Of a stretch of 64,000 nucleotides of DNA, positions 36,604 through 46,600 are shown in pieces. This DNA is from an uncultured Gammaproteobacteria bacterium (GTDB lineage Bacteria; Patescibacteriota; Patescibacteriia; Patescibacteriales; UBA12465). Location: positions 200,401-264,400 of the forward strand of contig CAYYDR010000002.1 in NCBI GenBank assembly GCA_964470695.1, given 5' to 3'. The notes beneath the pieces are model-generated. The model was not told where the DNA came from. It worked only from the letters and a program-made list of their open reading frames with translations, and ran no database searches. The position numbers and the translations under genes are program-made. Position 1 is the first letter of the stretch, and the number at the start of each line of letters is the position of its first letter.

Positions 36604-38535
36604 ATGGATAATTGCTGTGATAGTTGCTCTGATAAAAAAAAGAGCGAAATTAAAACAAAAACAAATAAAATTTGGTGGCTAGTAATGGCTTTATTGTTTA
36701 TTGCCCCTCTTGAAATACTGTCGCTCTTCTCAATTGACCTAGCTATATGGATTAAATTACCACTTTTTATCGGTATTATTTTTATTTTTGGTAGGGCAAC
36801 TATTATTAGCGGTTTTAAAAGTCTATTTAAATTAAATTTCTCAGATATAAATCTGTTGATGACTATTGCTATTATTGGAGCCATATTTTTGCAAAAATAC
36901 GAAGAAGCCGCTATCATCGTTGTTTTGTTTAGTTTGGGTGAGGCTCTTGAAGAATATGGTTTAGAGCGAAGTCGACAGGCTTTAGAAAAATTGGTTAATA
37001 ATTTTCCGAAAACAGCTGAACTTAAAGCTGGAAATAGAATCGTAAGCATCGATCAAATAACAATCGGGGAACTTATAATTATCAGGCCTGGAGATCAGGT
37101 TGGCTTAGATGGTGAAGTGGTATATGGGGGTAGTCTAGTTGACGAATCAACGATTACTGGGGAACCGCTACCAAAAAGCAAAAGCCTTGGTGAGAAAATA
37201 TACGCTGGGTCAATTAACATCGGCGGTTATTTAGAAGTTAAAGTTTTAAAAGAATCTAAGGATTCAACTTTAAACAAAATTGTGCAGTTAACAGAAAATT
37301 CTTTAAAGAGAAAGGCTGATTCACAAAAGTTTATAGAAAAATTTGCTCGTTATTATACTCCGGCCGTTACTGCCTTTGCAGTTATTCTATTTATTATTCC
37401 GGTTTTATTTTTTGATGGATCTGTAGCTTTTTGGTTAGTTCAATCGTTAACCATTCTTTTAATATCTTGTCCCTGTGCTTTAGTAATCTCTACTCCTATT
37501 TCAGTTTTTTCTGCGATTGGAAATGCCAGTCAAAAAGGAATTTTAGTGAAAGGCGGTAAAGCCATCGAAGACTTGGCTTGTATTACTGAGATTGGTTTTG
37601 ATAAAACTAAAACACTTACAGTTGGCAAGCCCGAAGTAACTGATATTATTCCCTTTAATGGTTTTACTAAAGAAGAAGTCTTAAGTTGTTCGGCTGGGTT
37701 AAGTGAATATTCTGAGCACCCGTTGTCTCAAGGAATTGTTGAAAAAGCTAAAAAGGATGGAATAAATATTCACGGCTTCAAAAATTTTCAATCAGTCCAA
37801 GGGCAAGGCATTGTTGGTGAATGTTTAGTTTGTACTGATATAAAACATTGTTTAGGTAAAATAAATTTGATTGATAATCAGATTGGTAAAATGGAGTTAA
37901 GCGAACTGATGGCTAAAGAAAAAGAAAGACTGGAAAAAGAAGGCAAGACGGTTGTATTTCTGGGTGATGAAAAAGCCATAAAAGGACTAATAGCCTTGTC
38001 TGATAGAATAAAGGATGAAAGTAAACAAGTAATAAAAGAGTTACAGGAACAAAAAATAAAATGTTTTATGGTGACAGGTGACAATGATGGAGCTGCTCAG
38101 TATGTTTCGAGCGCTCTTGGTATATCAGAAATACATTCAGGAAAGTTACCGGAAGATAAGGCGGAGCTCATCATTAATAAATCAAAAAATAATATAAAAG
38201 TAGCCATGGTTGGTGATGGTGTAAATGATGCACCTTCTTTAGCTGGAGCCAGTGTTGGTATTGCTATGGGCTCTCTTGGTTCTGATATTGCCATTGAAAC
38301 TGCTGATATTGCTTTAATGAATGATGATCTTAAGTTAATTCCTTATATAATTAAATTAAGTAAAAAAACGGTAACTAAAATTAAATTTAATACTTATTTT
38401 GCTCTTGGCACGAAATCGATTTTTCTGATATTAGCAGTTATGGGTATAAGTAATTTATCATTAGCTATATTTGCCGATGTGGGTGTAACCGTAATCGTGG
38501 TAGTTAATGGTTTGAGTTTGTATAGATTTAAATAA
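36604..38535 (+). CDS. P1B-type heavy-metal-translocating ATPase (Cd/Zn/Pb-like, CPC motif)
   Basis: N-terminal MDNCCDSCSD, TGEPLP, SCPCALVISTP, phosphorylation site FDKTKTLT (DKTKT, not DKTGT), SEHPL and GDGVNDAP. Confidence 0.88.
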   Translation: MDNCCDSCSDKKKSEIKTKTNKIWWLVMALLFIAPLEILSLFSIDLAIWIKLPLFIGIIFIFGRATIISGFKSLFKLNFSDINLLMTIAIIGAIFLQKYEEAAIIVVLFSLGEALEEYGLERSRQALEKLVNNFPKTAELKAGNRIVSIDQITIGELIIIRPGDQVGLDGEVVYGGSLVDESTITGEPLPKSKSLGEKIYAGSINIGGYLEVKVLKESKDSTLNKIVQLTENSLKRKADSQKFIEKFARYYTPAVTAFAVILFIIPVLFFDGSVAFWLVQSLTILLISCPCALVISTPISVFSAIGNASQKGILVKGGKAIEDLACITEIGFDKTKTLTVGKPEVTDIIPFNGFTKEEVLSCSAGLSEYSEHPLSQGIVEKAKKDGINIHGFKNFQSVQGQGIVGECLVCTDIKHCLGKINLIDNQIGKMELSELMAKEKERLEKEGKTVVFLGDEKAIKGLIALSDRIKDESKQVIKELQEQKIKCFMVTGDNDGAAQYVSSALGISEIHSGKLPEDKAELIINKSKNNIKVAMVGDGVNDAPSLAGASVGIAMGSLGSDIAIETADIALMNDDLKLIPYIIKLSKKTVTKIKFNTYFALGTKSIFLILAVMGISNLSLAIFADVGVTVIVVVNGLSLYRFK

Positions 38536-38557
38536 ATATTATTTAGAAAATATTACA

Positions 38558-39913
38558 TTATTCATTTCTCAGATTTAAATTTTTATCTTTTAATGTAATC
38601 TTGCTTCTCAAATTGGCCAGTAACTCCCTTTTTTCAACAGAACTTCCTTCTTTAAGCACGTATCTAGCATAAACACGCATATCAACTGCGGGCTTATGTT
38701 TTTTGTGAGGCTGTTTTTCCCCAAGTATCATATTTTGAAATTTGTTTAATCGCTCAACTTCCATTTCCATTCTGGTCAGTATTCCGAGTTCGTTCATATC
38801 TACTTTATCTATTATTTTTAATAATTCAGTTATTAATTCTTCTTCTCTAATATATTTATTTTTACAGAACCTATCTCTGGCCCTCGAACAACCATAATAA
38901 ATATAATGAGCCGTTGTTCCATCTTTAAGTTGTTTGTATTTATCTTCCGCCGATATGCCTGATCCGCAACAGCCGCAAGTAATCAGTTTTGTGAAAGCGA
39001 ATTCCTTGTTTTCCCTTTGAATATTATCTCGTTTAAGTTGGACTTTGGTCTTCTCAAATAATTCCTGGGTAATTAGTGGCTTATGTTTTCCTTGATACCA
39101 ATTGCCACTTCCTCTCGGTTTTTCAAATACGCCATAATAGAAAGGATTATCTAGTATTCTGTATATGCCGCTTAAAGTTAATGGTTTATTACCTCTAGTA
39201 TAAAAATTTAGCTCATGCCTGAGCCAATGATATAGTTTCCGTCCACTATATTTTTTATAGGCCACCATCTCAAACATTTGTTTTATAGCAGGGGATCGTA
39301 GCGGATCAACTATAACCTGGCATTTCTTATCCATTCTATTTTGATTTAAATAGCCGAGTGGCGCTCGCCCAACCCATAATCCCATTTCTGCTCTTGTTCT
39401 TAGTCCACGCTTTACATTAACGCCTCTATTATCATTTTCTAATTTGGCCTGTGATCCTAAAATCATCAGCAGAAATTTTTCATTAGGATTATTGGTAAAT
39501 CTTTGGCTGAAGGTGCGAATTTCTTTTAATATCCCTTGGTCTATCAAATCTACGATAGATCCTAGATCTCCAGCGTTTCTAGATATGCGATCTGGCGCCC
39601 AAGTTAGGATAGCATTGAATTTACCTTGTCTTATATCACTCACTAATTCGTTAAAGATTTTGCGTTGGCCAGTCTCTTTAGCGCTGTGTGATTCTCGCCT
39701 AATTTCGATAATATTTAGATTCTCTCGAGTGGCTAGATCAAGCATCTCTTTAATCTGGCTATCAATGGATAGTACCTGTCTTTCCTCGGATTCCGTGGAC
39801 TTTCGGGCGTAAAGGCAGTATTTGAGCGTTTCTTGCGGCAAGACCCCTAGATTAGCCCCATTTTGGCCTTCTAGGGTCGTTTTGGGGCTTAAAACTGTGC
39901 TTGTTTGGTTCAT
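38558..39913 (-). CDS. Large serine recombinase (resolvase domain + recombinase domain + zinc ribbon + coiled coil)
   Basis: YARKSTESEERQVLSIDSQ (catalytic Ser), DRISRN, Zn ribbon CGCCGSG...YYGCS...C. It is homologous to 59605-60984. Confidence 0.88.
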   Translation of the reverse strand: MNQTSTVLSPKTTLEGQNGANLGVLPQETLKYCLYARKSTESEERQVLSIDSQIKEMLDLATRENLNIIEIRRESHSAKETGQRKIFNELVSDIRQGKFNAILTWAPDRISRNAGDLGSIVDLIDQGILKEIRTFSQRFTNNPNEKFLLMILGSQAKLENDNRGVNVKRGLRTRAEMGLWVGRAPLGYLNQNRMDKKCQVIVDPLRSPAIKQMFEMVAYKKYSGRKLYHWLRHELNFYTRGNKPLTLSGIYRILDNPFYYGVFEKPRGSGNWYQGKHKPLITQELFEKTKVQLKRDNIQRENKEFAFTKLITCGCCGSGISAEDKYKQLKDGTTAHYIYYGCSRARDRFCKNKYIREEELITELLKIIDKVDMNELGILTRMEMEVERLNKFQNMILGEKQPHKKHKPAVDMRVYARYVLKEGSSVEKRELLANLRSKITLKDKNLNLRNE

Positions 39914-40034
39914 ATGGTTATAGTTGTTTAACCAATGAATGACGCAATTTGGCGGGGAAGTCCAGGCCTCAGAAGTAGATAAACTGTAGGTAACTTTTCT
40001 TTACTTTTAGGCTATTTTGAGTTATATTTTAAGT

Positions 40035-40207
40035 GCTAAACCGTAACCAAATTTCGTGAAGTCGCACCCATTATTGGGTGGCCTTGGCTTATTTGCATAC
40101 AGGAACGGACACACCGACCCTTATGCAAGTAGGCGTCTTCACGGACACTGATTGCGGTTTAGCGACCGGGTCGGGTGTCCGTTTTTGTATTTACGGACAT
40201 CGGACAT
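40035..40207. repeat. Repeat- and inverted-repeat-rich spacer upstream of the recombinase
   Basis: (A)CGGACA occurs 4 times in direct orientation (40105, 40141, 40193, 40200) and once inverted (40176-40182). Long-range complements are GCTAAACCG 40035-43 / CGGTTTAGC 40155-63, CGTGAAGTCGC 40055-65 / GCGTCTTCACG 40133-43, and ACGGACACACCGACCC 40105-20 / GGGTCGGGTGTCCGT 40168-82 followed by T5. Confidence 0.5.
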
Positions 40208-40232
40208 TCATAACTTATTAATTAAATAATCT

Positions 40233-40568
40233 ATGAAAAAATGTCCATTTTGTTCCGAAGAAATTCAGGACGAGGCCATTAAGTGCAAGCATTGCGCCTC
40301 AGATTTAGTGGTCACCGTAGTCAACGGTGAAAAAATAAACAAACTAACCTGCAAGCAATGTGGCGGAGAAATGGTAAGAAGAAAAATTTATAGCAATATT
40401 GGCTCGTCTCTGCTTATTTTTTTCTTAGGATTTATTTTCGCCCCTTTTAGTAACGTTATAGGCGGAGCATTATTCATTGTTGGTTTGATTTTATTCATTA
40501 TTAGAATAGCATCCCCAAAAAGATATTGGGTATGTAATAAGTGTAGCTACAAGATTGAGAAGTGGTAA
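40233..40568 (+). CDS. Double zinc-ribbon membrane protein (111 aa)
   Basis: CPFC...CKHC and CKQC...CNKC flank two TM helices. Confidence 0.55.
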   Translation: MKKCPFCSEEIQDEAIKCKHCASDLVVTVVNGEKINKLTCKQCGGEMVRRKIYSNIGSSLLIFFLGFIFAPFSNVIGGALFIVGLILFIIRIASPKRYWVCNKCSYKIEKW

Positions 40569-40577
40569 TAAAATAAT

Positions 40578-41003
40578 CTATAGTTCTTCTCTGCTTTTTT
40601 GGCCGCTCTCCATGTCTTTAATAGTGGAATCCAGTTCTTCATCGGACATATTCGAGAGATTCTTATGTCCGCAAGTCTTACAATGATCACCCGGTATCGG
40701 GGCTACCGGACTTATGGGCAACGGATTAGACATATAGTTTTCATGATTATGAGATAAATAAAATTTAGAGGCATTTATATTGCCCTTCTTAGCCTGAGAA
40801 ATAAGCGACATCTCTACTATTTCGTTGGTTCCCATTCTCCCTTGTTCTAAAGCAATATTTACTCTTTGCTTGAAATCCGAATTATCTTTTAGCCAACGAT
40901 ATATAGTTGCCCGAGAAATGCCTATTTTCTTGGCTGCATAGTAGATAGTAGGCATTTCTCGGAGAAACTCAATAAATCTAGATTTTTCCTGACTAGACCT
41001 CAT
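40578..41003 (-). CDS. HTH DNA-binding protein (phage terminase-small-subunit-like N-terminus)
   Basis: TIYYAAKKIGISRATIYRWLKDNSDF...KFYLSHNH. The start overlaps the methylase stop by 11 nt. Confidence 0.5.
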   Translation of the reverse strand: MRSSQEKSRFIEFLREMPTIYYAAKKIGISRATIYRWLKDNSDFKQRVNIALEQGRMGTNEIVEMSLISQAKKGNINASKFYLSHNHENYMSNPLPISPVAPIPGDHCKTCGHKNLSNMSDEELDSTIKDMESGQKSREEL

Positions 41004-42330
41004 ATATTTTTACCCGCTTCTTGCCGGTATACTTTTCCCAACGGTTGAGTATCACCTCGGCGTAGACTGGAGATTTCTCCATTAAAAAGCATTTCCGGCC
41101 TAGCATGGTCGAGGCAATAAGCGTACTACCGGATCCGCCGAATGGTTCAAGAACCAGTTGGTCGCGCTTGGTTAGAACTTTGATATAGGGAATGAGGATA
41201 TTTGTCGGTTTCGTTCCAAAGATTATTCCTTGACCAGACGATTTTTCATCTGCGGCCACATGTTCAATGAAGTCGGTTGGGCAGTATTTTTTGCCAGCCT
41301 CATAATTTTCCCATTGCGGTTTACCAGAAATGGCGAAAAGAGCAGTTTCATATTCATTCTGTAAGCCTTCACCCTCACCTTCTAGATTATACTCGATATT
41401 AGCATCCTCAGTGCACCCGACAACGGCTATGTCATATTTATTGAAGAATTTATACTTGGCGGCAAAGCCCTGGACTCGATTATTGAGATGCCACACAATC
41501 ATATTCTTTACTTTCCAGTGTTTTTCCATTTCATTCCATATTGTCCGGATGTTCTTCCAGTTTTCGTAGACGATGATAGAGGCACTATCGGCTTGAACTT
41601 TAGCCACACCGCACATCCATAATTCGGTGAAGTTATTGGGCAGGGAGTCGGTTTCTAAGTAACGCCTGTTCTTCTTAGCGCCAAAGCCAGTGGTTGCTTC
41701 GCCATGACGTGATTTGCCGTGTAAGTAATCTAATAAATAAGGGGGATCTGTTAATATTAGCGAAAATTTATTCCCATCAGCCAGCTTTAGCATGTCCGCT
41801 TCAATCGTGCTATCGCCGCACATCAGTCTCGATCCATCTAAATCATAGATATCGCCTTTTTGGATATTGATTTCATTAATATTCAATTTCTCTAGCTCCT
41901 TATTCAGGTCAAAAATTTCCTCAGTCGGATCTTCCTCAAAGATTTTATCTAATTCTTCAGAATCAAATCCGACATCTTTCAGAAATTCTTCATCAAATTC
42001 AGCTAATAGAGTAAGATCGAATTCGCCTTGATTTTTGTTCAGTCTGAGATTGAGCTCCTTTTCTTTTTCTATATCTGGAATGTTCACATAACAAACTGGC
42101 ACTGTCTCAAAGCCCAGTTCTTTAGCCATCGCCCAGCGGAAGTGGCCACCGATGATGATATTCAGGCGCTCTGGAGCTGAATTAACTACAAATGGGTCGA
42201 CTAACCCAAAGCGTTTGATACCTTCTTTTAGCTGTTCAGCCGCTTCTTTATCCCATTTTCTAGGATTGTACTCGGCTGGTTTTAACTCGTTGATTGGCAG
42301 GTATGTGACCTGTAGTTTTTCTTTGTTCAT
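40993..42330 (-). CDS. ParB-like nuclease domain fused to N6A/N4C DNA methyltransferase (beta class)
   Basis: ParBc block LKPAEYNPRKW...IIIGGHFRW. Methylase motif IV is LILTDPPY and motif I is LEPFGGSGSTLIA. Confidence 0.85.
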   Translation of the reverse strand: MNKEKLQVTYLPINELKPAEYNPRKWDKEAAEQLKEGIKRFGLVDPFVVNSAPERLNIIIGGHFRWAMAKELGFETVPVCYVNIPDIEKEKELNLRLNKNQGEFDLTLLAEFDEEFLKDVGFDSEELDKIFEEDPTEEIFDLNKELEKLNINEINIQKGDIYDLDGSRLMCGDSTIEADMLKLADGNKFSLILTDPPYLLDYLHGKSRHGEATTGFGAKKNRRYLETDSLPNNFTELWMCGVAKVQADSASIIVYENWKNIRTIWNEMEKHWKVKNMIVWHLNNRVQGFAAKYKFFNKYDIAVVGCTEDANIEYNLEGEGEGLQNEYETALFAISGKPQWENYEAGKKYCPTDFIEHVAADEKSSGQGIIFGTKPTNILIPYIKVLTKRDQLVLEPFGGSGSTLIASTMLGRKCFLMEKSPVYAEVILNRWEKYTGKKRVKIYEV

Positions 42331-42373
42331 AGATTTATGAATTAATTATTAAGCCATAAAATAGTTAATAAAT

Positions 42374-42438
42374 AAAAAAATCCGAGAGAAATTCAAAAAC
42401 TCTTAAAACATAAAAGATTTGAATCTCTCTCGGATTTT
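42374..42438. terminator. Long A-run/T-run flanked hairpin (bidirectional terminator-like) in the methylase leader
   Basis: ATCCGAGAGAAATTCAAA / TTTGAATCTCTCTCGGAT pair at 17 of 18 positions with a 20-nt loop. A7 lies on the left and T4 on the right. On the minus strand the hairpin is followed by T7 and sits 44 nt upstream of the ATG. Confidence 0.55.
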
Positions 42439-42562
42439 CTAGAGCATCTATCTCCCCCGAAAGAATAAAATAAAAATATATTTGACTAAATAATTCCGCA
42501 CGTTCCCCCTGAGTGTGCTTGAATAGTTAGGGAACTACAGATAAAGAACGATTGATACCTTT

Positions 42563-42591
42563 ATTATAGTACGAAATCAAAAAGTCTACAA
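42563..42591 (-). promoter_or_regulatory. Sigma70-type promoter (minus strand) for the ParB-MTase operon or a leader RNA
   Basis: The reverse complement reads TTGTAG (42591-42586), 17-nt spacer, TATAAT (42568-42563). Confidence 0.45.
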
Positions 42592-42685
42592 TAGCATTTT
42601 TTTATTTAAAATTAGTTAAATTATTTTATAAATAAATTTAAATTAGTAAATTCTGTAAATTGCGTTTAATCTGTTTAAAATATTA

Positions 42686-42714
42686 TTGACATTTCTTTAT
42701 TTAGGGTGTATATT
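42686..42714 (+). promoter_or_regulatory. Sigma70-type promoter of the LexA-like operon
   Basis: TTGACA 42686-42691, 17-nt spacer, TATATT 42709-42714. Confidence 0.6.
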
Positions 42715-42735
42715 ATGGTTAGTAATAAAAAATAT

Positions 42736-43371
42736 ATGCATAAAAACCAAGAGAGCTTGATTGAGTTGGCTAAAAAAAAGGATATTTCAAAAATGAGTTA
42801 TCGGGAAATAGGCCGGGAGGTAGGTATAGCAAATCCGCAGACTGTTGTTCATCATCTTAATCAATTAAAGAGGATGGGGCTTTTGTACCTTGGTTCTGAC
42901 AATAAGCAAAAAGTAGCCAAAAATGAACCGTTCGTGACCGACAATCTATTTAATATTCCTATTCTAGGGTGTGCCAACTGCGGTCAGGCCTTAGAGTTAG
43001 CGCAACAGAATCTTTTAGGCTTTTTGAAAATTTCTCCTAGGATATTGGAGCGTAAGAGGCCGGATCAGCTTTATATTGTTAAAGCGGTGGGCGAATCAAT
43101 GAACCAGGCTCGAGACGTTAAAGGTGGTCCTATAGAAAATGGTGATTATGTTATAGTTGACTACGGAAACAAGGATCCGCAAGACGGGGATTATGTTTTA
43201 TCAGTCATTGATGGTGCGGCTAATATAAAAAGATTTTATAAGAACAGGAAAGAAATCAGACTAATCTCTGAATCCAGTTTAGGTATTCCACCGATTATTT
43301 TACACGAAGATGATTTAGAGGCTCACGGTTATTTGGTAAATGGTGTCGTAGTCAGAGTGATTAAGAATTGA
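42736..43371 (+). CDS. LexA/CI-like repressor (wHTH + S24 peptidase)
   Basis: N-terminal HTH MSYREIGREVGIANPQTVVHHLNQLKRMG, S24 Ser VKAVGESM, and Lys ANIKRFY. The ATGs at 42706/42715 lie inside the -10 element, so ATG 42736 is the first plausible start. Confidence 0.8.
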   Translation: MHKNQESLIELAKKKDISKMSYREIGREVGIANPQTVVHHLNQLKRMGLLYLGSDNKQKVAKNEPFVTDNLFNIPILGCANCGQALELAQQNLLGFLKISPRILERKRPDQLYIVKAVGESMNQARDVKGGPIENGDYVIVDYGNKDPQDGDYVLSVIDGAANIKRFYKNRKEIRLISESSLGIPPIILHEDDLEAHGYLVNGVVVRVIKN

Positions 43372-43381
43372 TTATAAAAAT

Positions 43382-43624
43382 ATGTCTAATTATCATGTAT
43401 CAAAAGATAAAGATACTGGCGACTGGCGAATAAAACGTGAAGGTGCTGATCGCGCCAGTGGCTTTGCTGACACTCAAAAAGAAGCTGAGAAAATTGCTAA
43501 AGAATTATCTGGCAATTCTGGCGGTGGTGAAGTCAGAATCCATGGTCGAGATGGAAAAATTCGCGACAGCGATACTGTAGCTCCTGGCAATGACCCGTGC
43601 CCTCCAGTTGATAAGAAAAAATAA
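43382..43624 (+). CDS. DUF2188-family small protein
   Basis: YHVSKDKDTGDWRIKREGADRASGFADTQKEAEKIAKEL...VRIHGRDGKIRDSDT...PPVDKK matches the DUF2188 pattern as I recall it. Confidence 0.7.
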   Translation: MSNYHVSKDKDTGDWRIKREGADRASGFADTQKEAEKIAKELSGNSGGGEVRIHGRDGKIRDSDTVAPGNDPCPPVDKKK

Positions 43625-43629
43625 TTAAT

Positions 43630-46600
43630 ATGAAATGGATTGATGTAGGAGATATAAAAAATTGGGTTAACGGTAAACAAAGGCATTGTGCTCAAACGTT
43701 GCCAGAGCTTATTCGTAGGCTTATTTTTGCTACGTCCTCGACGATAGAAGAAATCAATTTTCCAAGTGGTGATAGTGTAGCAAATGGAGGCTGGGATGGA
43801 TATTTAAAAACACCAAATATTTCTCCTTTATTTCCATCAGGCATTTCTGTTTGGGAAATTGGCACAAAAAAAACTCCGGGCAAGAAGGCTGATGCTGATT
43901 ATTTAAAAAGAACTACTAATCCGTTAGGAGTTAATAAAGGTGATACTAGTTTTGTTTTTGTAACTCCATATACTTGGCAAAAGGGCAAGGAGTGGGAAAA
44001 AAATAAAAGGCTATTAAATGAATGGAAGGATGTTCGAGTCGTGTCTTCTGATCATATTGAATTGTGGCTTGAATCGGCTCCGGCAGTAGCGTTATGGCTT
44101 GGTAGACAAATAAAGGGACTATCTGATCAGATTCGTGATATTGAAGGCTTTTGGGAGGAGTGGGCTGTTGCCACCAATCCGGAAATGACGGCAGAACTTG
44201 TTTTAGGAGGAAGAATCAAAGAAGCAAAACACATACAAAATTGGATAAAAGATAAAGCGTCTATTGTAGAGGTTAGAGGAGATTCGCCTGATGAGCCATT
44301 CGCTTTTTTTTATAGTGCAGTTTCAACTCTTCCAGAAGCCGAAAAAATACAAGTTTTTTCACGTTGTATTGTTGTTGAAGATATAAAACAATTTCGTACT
44401 TGTGTTACTACTTTTCAAAACCCTCTCATTATTGCTGCTCCATCTGAGTGCAGAGATGCGGCCGGATTAGCGGTAAAAAATGGGCATCATGTATTTTTAA
44501 GCGCCGATTCAAAATCACTAGATTTTCGTTCTAATCTTTTGCAGCTTTCTCGCCCCAGGCGCGAGATAGTGGAAGAATGTTTAAAAAAATCTGGCCTCTC
44601 TGAAAAAGATTCAAGAAGTCTTGCGAGAGATTTTGGTAGAAGTATCCCCGTTCTGAGACGTCATCAATTTGTGGCAAGCGCTAAAATACCTGAATGGGCT
44701 AGCGAAGACTCATCTAAAACATTGATTCCATTATTGTTTGCCGGTGCATGGGATGAAAATAAAGAAGGCGACAGACAACTTATCGAGCTATTAGCAGGCG
44801 TTTCTTACGACGAATATATTAAATTATTATCTCCGCTCCTTTTAATTGATGATTCCCCAATTAGGAAAGTCGGCAGTGTTTGGATACTAAAATCTCCCCT
44901 TGATGCTTGGTACATAATTGCTCTAAATGTTACTGATGACAATTTGAATCTTTTCGAACAAGCAGTGGCTGCTGCTTTAACAAAAACTGATCCTAAATAT
45001 GATTTAGAAGCGGAAAAACGCTGGATGGCTAGTGTATACGGAAAATCTAATCCATACTCTGAGTGGGTTAGAGAAGGTTTGGTTGAATCACTAGTTCTAA
45101 TCGCCGTTTATGGCAATCGTTCGCCTTTTATCAAAACATCTACTCAGATATTTGCAGACAACGTAGTTAAAAATATTCTTGCCAGTGCAAATAAATGGGA
45201 GATGTGGGCGTCTATCAAGGATGTGACTCCGCTGTTAGCAGAAGCCTCTCCTGACGCTTTTATGAGTGCTGTAGAAAAAATCATAATTGAAGATAAGGGA
45301 CTTTTAAAAGACCTTCTATCAGACGATGGAACAATGTTTGGCGAGTGTCGTCATGCTGGTTTGCTTTGGGCGCTCGAATCAATTTCTTGGAGTCCGGAAC
45401 ATTTTTCTCGTGCTGTAAATATACTGTATGAGTTATCAAATATAGATTTAGGAGGCAAATGGAGCAATCGCCCCATAAATAGCCTGAAAGATATTTTTGC
45501 GCCAGGACTACCACAAACTCATGCTGATCCGAATCAACGCTTATTAGTTTTGAAATCATTTATAGAGAAAGACCCTAAAACTACTTGGAGATTTGTTAAA
45601 GATTATTACGGAATGGGATCAATGAGCGAGTCCCATATGTTTAGGTGGCGTGATACCGGCGGGAGCCGTCGTGGTTTAGAGCACGAGAGTCCAGATGATC
45701 ACTCTGTTTACATTAAAGGGTTATTGCCATTATTTACTGAATTAGCTTGTAAAAAAGAAAATATAATTTATGCCACTGATGATTTCACTCGTCTATCGGG
45801 AGATATAAGAGAGTATCTTTTAAAAACGTTAGAAAAAGAAACTATCAATTCTTTTTCCGTGGAAGAAAGATTGGAAATTTTTCATAATGTAAGAGAAGCT
45901 TTAAATTGGGTTAATAGTTATGGTAAAGATGAATTCCGCAAGCAAATCCCTGCGTTAGAAAATATATATAAAAAATTCACTCCTGAAAATATTTTAGACA
46001 AATATGGTTGGCTAATAAGTGATCCTTGGCCGAGATTACCTCAAGGAGAGCCAAAAGATTATGAGGCTAAAAATGACACCGTAAAAATCGCTCAGGAAGA
46101 AGCAGCTAGAGAAGTTTTAAATCAAGTTTCGGCAAAAGACATAGTTTATTATTCTACAACAATAGGATATCCAGGAGTTTTTGGACGCATACTTGGTAGA
46201 ATTGTAAATAATGGCGAAGAAGAAAACAAGATATTTGATGAGATGATCAAGGATTACGCAAAAAATTCAATATTTATTCAAGGTTATGTTACTGGTAGGT
46301 TTGAAAAAAATGGTGATGGTTGGCTAGAGCAGCAAATTACAAGATTAAAAGAGTTAGGCGTCTATTCTGCTGAAGCTTGCGCTTTGTTATATCTTGGGAG
46401 AAAAGAGAATGCTGAAACATGGTCTATGATTAGTAAATATGGGGAAGACGTGGAAGACTCTTACTGGAGACAAGCCACTGGATATTCTGTAGATAACAAA
46501 AAGGAAGACGCATATATTGCAATAGAAAAACTGTTGGATGTTGAAAGACCGGCAGCAGCCCTTAAAATTGCTGGCGACTCTGATATACTGGTGCCAAGCC

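Noticed and set aside
36555-37049. A 164-aa minus-strand ORF overlapping the junction of the DsbA-like gene and the ATPase gene.
   Set aside because: It is antisense to two well-supported genes and has low-complexity composition with no motifs.
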